A stretch of 20,976 bases of DNA from Candidatus Fermentibacterota bacterium (GTDB taxonomy: Bacteria; JAFGKV01), in the NCBI GenBank assembly GCA_016928395.1, contig JAFGKV010000147.1, positions 62,001 to 82,976 of the forward strand. Reading direction: 5' to 3'. The position numbers and the translations under genes are program-made. Positions 15,141-20,976 of the stretch are shown here, piece by piece. The notes beneath the pieces were generated by a model, which saw only the letters and a program-made list of their open reading frames with translations, was not told where the DNA came from and searched no databases. The stretch's first letter is position 1. Every line of letters begins with the position of its first letter.

Positions 15141-16334
15141 ATGCGCGATTCGTTTCTCTCTCTGGCTGACCTGTTCCCACCAGAGCGTTTCGGAGGCTCG
15201 GAACGGGTCATACTGGAGCTCTCCCGCGCGCTGGTACGCCGGGAGTGCCACGTGGGAGTTCTTGCGGGAGGCCCGCATTCCTGCCAGCCTGACCCGGCCG
15301 CGGAGGTACCCATCTGGAGGTACCGGGTGCGCACATCGCCTCTTCCACTGCTCTTTCTGACATCGTGCAGAGGGCTACGTGCCATGCACGAGCTGCCCAT
15401 AGTGGGCACCGAGGGCGCATTGCTGCTGCATCATCCCCTCTCAGGATGGGGAGCGTTGCGCGCAGGGCACGGCCGGTTGGCGGTGCCAATCGGGTTTTTC
15501 TATGGCGCCATTGACGAGGAGTGGGCATGGCATTGGCGTGGAGTGCGCCGTTGGGGATCGAGGGGTCTGGTCTCTCCAGCTCTGGTATGGATGCTTCCAC
15601 CACTGCTTCGGGCCGTACAGCGCGCAATGCTGCAGAGAGCCCGAGCCATTATCGTCTTGGGCTCATATACAGAACGCCTCGTGCGGGAGCGGGTTCCGCA
15701 GGCGACGGTGTCTGTCGTGCCGCCGGGGGTTGACCTCCAACGATTCTCTCCGGCGCCAGACAAGGCGGATGCGAAGCGGAAGCTTGGGTTCGACCCGCGC
15801 GCCGACATCGTGCTGTCGGTGCGTCGCCTCGTGCCCCGCATGGGGCTTTCGACCCTTCTGGAGGCTGTCTGGATTCTCCAGAGAGACCGGCCGTCCGTGC
15901 GGCTAGTCCTGGTCGGCACCGGCGAAATGGCGCCCCGATTGATGAGGGAGGCGGCCAGCCTGGGTATCGCGGACCGTCTCACCTTGGCGGGTCACGTCAG
16001 CGATGTCGACCTGGTCGACTACTACCGTGCCGCAGACGTTTTTGTCCTTCCCAGCGACGCCTTGGAGGGATTCGGGTTGGTCACGTTGGAGGCCCTGGCC
16101 TCAGGAGTGCCAGTGGTAGGGACCGACGTAGGGGAGACCCCCTCGATCATTGCTGGATCGACAGAGCTGGGCAGGCTTGTAACCCACGGAGATTCCCGCG
16201 CGATGGCCGCCGCCTGTGCCGAGGTTCTGGAGGTCGGGCCGCAGGCCGAGGCGTGCCGGAACTTCGCCGGCCGTTTCAGCTGGGACGCCATGGCAGCTGC
16301 CGTGCAATCCATTGCCTCCTCAGCGGCTTCATGA
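15141..16334 (+). CDS. Glycosyltransferase family 4 (GT-B, retaining)
   Basis: FPPERFGGSER N-terminal motif, VVPPGVD, SVRRLVPRMG, ADVFVLPS..EGFGLVTLEALASGVPVV (EX7E). Confidence 0.92.
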   Translation: MRDSFLSLADLFPPERFGGSERVILELSRALVRRECHVGVLAGGPHSCQPDPAAEVPIWRYRVRTSPLPLLFLTSCRGLRAMHELPIVGTEGALLLHHPLSGWGALRAGHGRLAVPIGFFYGAIDEEWAWHWRGVRRWGSRGLVSPALVWMLPPLLRAVQRAMLQRARAIIVLGSYTERLVRERVPQATVSVVPPGVDLQRFSPAPDKADAKRKLGFDPRADIVLSVRRLVPRMGLSTLLEAVWILQRDRPSVRLVLVGTGEMAPRLMREAASLGIADRLTLAGHVSDVDLVDYYRAADVFVLPSDALEGFGLVTLEALASGVPVVGTDVGETPSIIAGSTELGRLVTHGDSRAMAAACAEVLEVGPQAEACRNFAGRFSWDAMAAAVQSIASSAAS

Positions 16335-17479
16335 AGCCAGTGCGGGTTTTACATCTCGTGCATACTCCCGGACCGGGAGGCACCGAGGCCGTCGTGGCCA
16401 ATCTCCTGTCGTGGATTCCACGAAGCGAGGCGGTGCAGGCTCTTGCCTGCCCTGAAGGCCCCCTCGCGGTGCAGGCTCGGGATGCAGGAAATCCCTGCTA
16501 TCCGGTTCCATTCGATCTTGTCCGCAGGACTGCTTCCCCAATCGGCCTTGCCCAGACCCTTGGGCACGTGTGCGCGGTCAACAATGCCCTTGTCAGGTCG
16601 ATTGACGCCTTCCAGCCCGACATCGTCCATGCCCACGCCGTGAAGGCGGCGGTCCTGGCGCACCGCTACGCCGGCTCCCGACGCAACTGGCGTCTGGTGT
16701 GGCACCTTCATGACTACATTCCGCTGGGTCGCCTTCGCCGGTTATGGATATGGCAGGCCTGCAGAGCGGCTGATGCCATAGCCACTGTGTCAGAGCATGT
16801 CGCCCTGAATGTCCCTGGAGTTGAGGGACGTGCCACCGTTGTCCACAACTCCCTGCCGCCCCAGCGATCCAAGGATCCTCGATTGTCGCGGGAGTTGCTG
16901 CGATCGTGTGGCGTTCCCGGGACAAGCCCGATACTTGGATACGCAGGCAGACTTGATGCGGAGAAGGGTGTGCATCTCCTCTTGCGGGCGTTCTCTCTTG
17001 TTCGCCTCAATCTCCCGTCCGCCCGGCTGCTCATCGCGGGGGGATCGCAGTTCCGGTCAAACGATGTGACGAGAGAGCTGCAAGGCGAGGCTGCTCGCTT
17101 GGGTGTGAATGACGCTGTGCATTTCTTGGGCAGATTGCCCGATCTCCTTGGATTCTACGGGGCCATCACGGTGTTCGCTCATCCTGCCCCCCGCGAGCCG
17201 TTCGGTTTGGTTGTCTTGGAAGCCTTGGCCCAAGGGATCCCGGTGGTGGCCTACGATGCAGGCGGACCGCGGGAAATTCTCCGGGGCTTCGATCCCTCCT
17301 TCCTGGTACCTCAGGGTGACCTGGAAGCATTCGCCGCCAAGTGCTGCCGCCTGTTGAGCGACTCTGCCCTTCAGGCTCGTACAGGCGTCGAAGGGCCTGT
17401 CTTCGTTGCCGAGGCATACAGACCAGAGGTTCAATGCCGAAAGGTTCTCTCGTTGTACTGGCGGGTTCATACCCCATGA
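16331..17479 (+). CDS. Glycosyltransferase family 4
   Basis: MKPVRVLHLV..GGTE, PDIVHAH, WHLHD, AGRLDAEKG, EPFGLVVLEALAQGIPVV. ATG16331 overlaps the upstream TGA (ATGA), so the start is later than the track's 16253. Confidence 0.92.
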   Translation: MKPVRVLHLVHTPGPGGTEAVVANLLSWIPRSEAVQALACPEGPLAVQARDAGNPCYPVPFDLVRRTASPIGLAQTLGHVCAVNNALVRSIDAFQPDIVHAHAVKAAVLAHRYAGSRRNWRLVWHLHDYIPLGRLRRLWIWQACRAADAIATVSEHVALNVPGVEGRATVVHNSLPPQRSKDPRLSRELLRSCGVPGTSPILGYAGRLDAEKGVHLLLRAFSLVRLNLPSARLLIAGGSQFRSNDVTRELQGEAARLGVNDAVHFLGRLPDLLGFYGAITVFAHPAPREPFGLVVLEALAQGIPVVAYDAGGPREILRGFDPSFLVPQGDLEAFAAKCCRLLSDSALQARTGVEGPVFVAEAYRPEVQCRKVLSLYWRVHTP

Positions 17480-18510
17480 GACCCCATGTCGTGCCTTTGC
17501 TCCGCTGTCCGGCATGTCGATCTGACGGTCCGCTGAGCCTCGCGACCAGCATTGATCGTGAGGGTGAGATTCTCGAAGGAACTCTGAGATGCGACACCTG
17601 CTCTGGGTCGTTTCCGATCACTGACGGGATCGCCCGCTTGCTGGGATCCTGTTCCGAGGTGGCCTCCAAGGAACGGGCCGTGTACCGGCGGAGTAGGGAG
17701 GAAGTGGAGAAGAGGATAGGGCTTCTTCCCCCCGAACATAAGGATGAAGAACTACGCCGGATAGCCTTCATGGAGCACACCGGCGATGATTTCCGACTTA
17801 CCTCGACTCTGAACCTGGACGGTGCGCTCCGAGGCGTGGACCCGCATCCAGGAGAATGGCTCGTCGAACTGGGGGCGGGGTCCGGGTGGCTCACCTCCAG
17901 GTGGGCCACCCGGGGACTTCGGTGCATCGCCATGGACCTGTCGCCGGACCTAAAGCTGGAGCTCTCGCCGCTGGTGATGCGTCAGGAGGGAGTCTATTTC
18001 GACCGTCTGATGGGAGACATGACCAATATCCCTTTGCGGTCAGGCGCCGTGCGGTGGGTCTTCGTGTCGGCATCACTCCATCACGCGGAAGGCCTGGCAG
18101 CGAGCCTTGCCGAGGCAGCCAGGGTACTGGAGCCGGGCGGTTCGCTGGTGGCGATAAACGAACCTATGCACGGGATTTTTCGACGCAGCGGCAAACGTTT
18201 CGTGGACCAGGTCGCCCGCGACAACCCGGGACTCAACGAGCAGAGTTTCAGCTATCTCCAATGGCGCCATGCCCTACGGGTTGCCGGTCTTCGGCCGCGC
18301 TTTCTCTTTCCCCCATACTACCGGGCCGTGCTGGAGCGCCGGATCCGTGCGCCACGAACATCCGGAGGGTTCGCCGCACTGGCGGCCGCGTTGTGGCGTT
18401 CTCCTCTGCGCCATGCGGTTCGGCTGCCGTGGGTCATGGCCTCCGCCCAGTTGCTCTTGGGCCTGAACGTGTGCATGATAGCGCGCAAAGAGTCATCCCG
18501 TGGGCAATGA
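17476..18510 (+). CDS. Class I SAM-dependent methyltransferase with N-terminal Trm112-like zinc ribbon
   Basis: MRPHVVPLLRCPAC...EGTLRCDTCSGSFPITDGIARLL (Trm112p-like), motif I VELGAGSGW, AMDLS, GDMTNIPL, SASLHH, ARVLEPGG. ATGA overlap at 17476-17479. Confidence 0.88.
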   Translation: MRPHVVPLLRCPACRSDGPLSLATSIDREGEILEGTLRCDTCSGSFPITDGIARLLGSCSEVASKERAVYRRSREEVEKRIGLLPPEHKDEELRRIAFMEHTGDDFRLTSTLNLDGALRGVDPHPGEWLVELGAGSGWLTSRWATRGLRCIAMDLSPDLKLELSPLVMRQEGVYFDRLMGDMTNIPLRSGAVRWVFVSASLHHAEGLAASLAEAARVLEPGGSLVAINEPMHGIFRRSGKRFVDQVARDNPGLNEQSFSYLQWRHALRVAGLRPRFLFPPYYRAVLERRIRAPRTSGGFAALAAALWRSPLRHAVRLPWVMASAQLLLGLNVCMIARKESSRGQ

Positions 18511-20020
18511 TTGCCCTCGCAGCGGCAGCGATCCGCAACGGCGCACGTGGTGGGCCGGTCTGGGACTTCTCGTGGCTGTGGGAACAGTCCTTCGGCTCTG
18601 GCACATCGATGCCCAGAGCCTGTGGCTCGACGAGACGCTGTTCCTTCACGCGGCACTCCTGCCAACCGTGCGTGATCTGATCACCTTTCTGGCGGAGCAT
18701 GACTACCACCCCCCCGCCTATCTCTTGCTTCTGCGATTCTGGTTGAAGACCTTCGGCTCGAGCGACTTTGCGGTACGGGCACTTCCCGCGTTGTTCGGTG
18801 TTCTGCTCATACCGGCGACTGCGGCATTCTGCCATACGCTGGTTCGCCGCCGATCCGCCGCGGTGGCCGCAGCATTCATCGTGACCTTCAATGGGTATCA
18901 GCTGTACCTGAGCCAAGAGGGGCGGCACTACTCCTGGCTTGCCCTCATCGCTGTCGTGCACATGCTGGCGTTCGTGAAGCTGCTGGGAGCCGACGGACGG
19001 CGTTGGCTGCCGCTATTCGCGTTGTCCGGGATCATCGGCTTGTTCTCGCATTACTACATGTTGCTGGTGCTCGGAGCCGAGGCCCTGCTGGCAATGACGG
19101 CGCCTCGTCGCCGGTTGCTGCTTACGGTCCTGGGAGTGTGTGTCGCGGTGTTCCTCGTGACGTGGGCCAAAACTCTCGTGCTGCAGAATCAGCGCCGGTC
19201 ACTCTGGGGCGAGGGTTTCATGGATCCCGATAGCAACGCCTTGGGAGTTGTGCTTGTCGTGGTGCGGAATCTGGGCTGGACCGTATTGGACTTCTCCACC
19301 GGCAGCTATATCAGGCTTTTTGGGGAGAAGGGGTTTGATCTTCCGGATCTTCTAAAGATCGCGGTGGGTCTCAGTGTGGCGGCCGTGGCAGTTTTCGGTG
19401 TGGTGCACGTGGCACGGATTGCCCATTCTCCCTCTCTCCTTCGGATCTTGGGCGCTTTGGGCCTTCTGCCCATTACGGGTGCCATTGCAGGCGGATTGCT
19501 GCAGGCGAATGTGTACGAGACGAAGTACGTGGCGTTCGTCGCGCCGCTATGGGCCACCGTGCTGGGAGCCGGCTGTGCGGCCTTAATGAAGGGCTGGGTA
19601 GGGCGGGCTATTGTCGCGGTGGTCGCGGGGGGGCTTTGGATCAGCGCGTGGCATTTTCACACTGAGGCGATGCCGTGGAAGGAGGATTGGCGCGGCGCAG
19701 CACACATCCTCCAGCAGGGCTGGAGACCGGGGGACGTGATGCTTCAACGGGCACATTACACCTCGCTCTCGCTGGATCGCTATCTGCCGTTCCAGCCGGT
19801 TAGGCTGGAATCGGGGAAGGCCCGTTTTCCCAGCCCTGCCATAGCCGATTCGGTCACCGCCGAGGTTCGTCGACGCGACGCGGTCCGGTTGTGGGTGGTG
19901 TTGAGCCATGATGAGAGGGCACTATACACAGTACGACTCCTGGAGAAAGTCCTGCCCCTTGAGGAGCAATGGGCGCTGCAGGGAATTCTGATCGCACGGT
20001 TCGGCGGTCTCACCGGATGA
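18500..20020 (+). CDS. GT-C fold glycosyltransferase (PMT_2 / GT39 / ArnT-like, lipid-linked sugar donor)
   Basis: LRLWHIDAQSLWLDE (acidic DE motif after TM1), DYHPPAYLLLL, FGSSDFAVRALPALFG, SQEGRHYS, many TM helices and a C-terminal periplasmic domain (KEDWRGAA..., RLWVV). Confidence 0.87.
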   Translation: MGNDCPRSGSDPQRRTWWAGLGLLVAVGTVLRLWHIDAQSLWLDETLFLHAALLPTVRDLITFLAEHDYHPPAYLLLLRFWLKTFGSSDFAVRALPALFGVLLIPATAAFCHTLVRRRSAAVAAAFIVTFNGYQLYLSQEGRHYSWLALIAVVHMLAFVKLLGADGRRWLPLFALSGIIGLFSHYYMLLVLGAEALLAMTAPRRRLLLTVLGVCVAVFLVTWAKTLVLQNQRRSLWGEGFMDPDSNALGVVLVVVRNLGWTVLDFSTGSYIRLFGEKGFDLPDLLKIAVGLSVAAVAVFGVVHVARIAHSPSLLRILGALGLLPITGAIAGGLLQANVYETKYVAFVAPLWATVLGAGCAALMKGWVGRAIVAVVAGGLWISAWHFHTEAMPWKEDWRGAAHILQQGWRPGDVMLQRAHYTSLSLDRYLPFQPVRLESGKARFPSPAIADSVTAEVRRRDAVRLWVVLSHDERALYTVRLLEKVLPLEEQWALQGILIARFGGLTG

Positions 20021-20976
20021 ATGTTGTCTGGGTCAGCCCCTATCTGCCATTGCCCGTGACCACGGGGGGACGGCGGCGGATAGGCAGCCTCATGGCGCGA
20101 TTGTCCCGCCGTCACGAGATAACACTCGTATCCTTCGACCGGGGAGAGGATACCGGCGCCCGGGATGCCAGCAGGGCTCTGGTTCACGAAGTGCACACGG
20201 TCAAGCGCCGCTCGACCAAGAGCGCCGTCAATGCCTTGCTGTGGGCCGCGACGCCGATGCCCTTCATGGCAGTAGCCAATGGGTTTCACGGGGCCATGGT
20301 GCACAGGATCCGCCAGGTCGTGAGGGAGACATCTCCCCATATCATCCACTGTGAGCATTTTCACCTCTGGCACACAGTAGCGCGGGCGCGGGAGCCCTCG
20401 TGGCCACCCGTCATACTGAGTCAACAGGGCGTTGAGTTCCTTGTCACCCAGCGTTTTGCATCGGTGCCGGGGTCACCACTCCTTCGAGCCGGGCTGAGGA
20501 TCGAATTGCAAAAGGCCCGGCGTTGGGAGATTGCCGCGTGCCGGGCGGCAGATGCAGTTGTGGTGGTTTCAGATGAAGACCGGCGGGTGCTGGCGCGGTA
20601 CCTTCCCGAGGCACACCTTCGCGTTGTAGAGAACGGCGTGGATGCCGGTGAGTTCTGTCCCGGCGCGGCGGGTATTGACCCCGTCGGCTCTTTGATGCTA
20701 TTCGTGGGCACATTCTCGTTTTTCGGCAATCGTGATGCCCTCGCGTACCTTGTTTCGGATATCCTGCCTTCGGTTCGTTCCGTGCGGCGGGATGCCGTCC
20801 TCCGCGTCGTCGGGGAGAATCCGCCCACCGTGGAGGGAGAAGGAGTGGAGTACATGGGGTTCGTCCCCAGCGTCGTACCGCATCTTCAGCAGGCGCGCCT
20901 CCTTATTGCGCCTCTTCGCACCGGTAGCGGGACGAAGCTGAAGCTGCTGGAGGCAATGGCCTGCGGCATTCCCTTT
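20017..20976 (+). CDS. Glycosyltransferase family 4, partial (runs off the window; absent from the ORF track)
   Basis: ATG20017 overlaps the upstream TGA. My translation is open to the window end: MNVVWVSPYLPLPVTTGGRRR...ADAVVVVSDEDR...VVENGVD...LFVGTFSFFGNRDA...MGFVP...IAPLRTGSGTKLKLLEAMACGIPF. Confidence 0.92.
   Translation, partial: MNVVWVSPYLPLPVTTGGRRRIGSLMARLSRRHEITLVSFDRGEDTGARDASRALVHEVHTVKRRSTKSAVNALLWAATPMPFMAVANGFHGAMVHRIRQVVRETSPHIIHCEHFHLWHTVARAREPSWPPVILSQQGVEFLVTQRFASVPGSPLLRAGLRIELQKARRWEIAACRAADAVVVVSDEDRRVLARYLPEAHLRVVENGVDAGEFCPGAAGIDPVGSLMLFVGTFSFFGNRDALAYLVSDILPSVRSVRRDAVLRVVGENPPTVEGEGVEYMGFVPSVVPHLQQARLLIAPLRTGSGTKLKLLEAMACGIPF

Noticed and set aside
16253-16330. ORF-track N-terminal extension of the second GT4 (likewise 17341-17475 for the methyltransferase and 13267-13302 for the ligase)
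   Set aside because: Later ATGs give ATGA stop/start coupling or a proper SD and begin at the domain boundary.
17856-18680. 274-aa plus-strand alternative-frame ORF
   Set aside because: R/G/P-rich off-frame translation overlapping the methyltransferase and GT-C genes.
1-20976. CRISPR arrays, tRNA/rRNA genes, transposases, integrases or defence genes
   Set aside because: No regularly spaced repeats, cloverleaf/T-loop signatures or corresponding protein motifs were seen.

Overview
GC-rich bacterial chromosomal segment with no recognisable mobile element, CRISPR array, tRNA or rRNA. The left half is a signalling cluster: a PAS-PAS-GAF-GAF hybrid histidine kinase (+), a minus-strand run of CpsB/YwqE-type PHP phosphatase, ECF sigma factor and zinc-binding anti-sigma, and, divergently, a tight two-gene unit encoding a secreted transglutaminase-like Cys-His-Glu/TPR protein and a CHASE2 class III adenylate cyclase. 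A DEAD-box helicase (-) is divergent from an atypical YchF (Arg at the catalytic His114 position). YchF leads into a surface-glycan locus: O-antigen ligase/Wzy_C-like protein, two GT4s, a Trm112-like Zn-ribbon/SAM methyltransferase fusion, a GT-C (PMT_2/ArnT-like) transferase and a third GT4 that runs off the window and is missing from the ORF track. The best candidate for an undescribed system is the TGase-like/TPR protein plus CHASE2 cyclase pair, which resembles a cAMP counterpart of LapG/LapD. Three ~380-410 bp intergenic regions carry complementary segments that may be structured RNAs. All calls come from reading motifs by eye; no searches were run.
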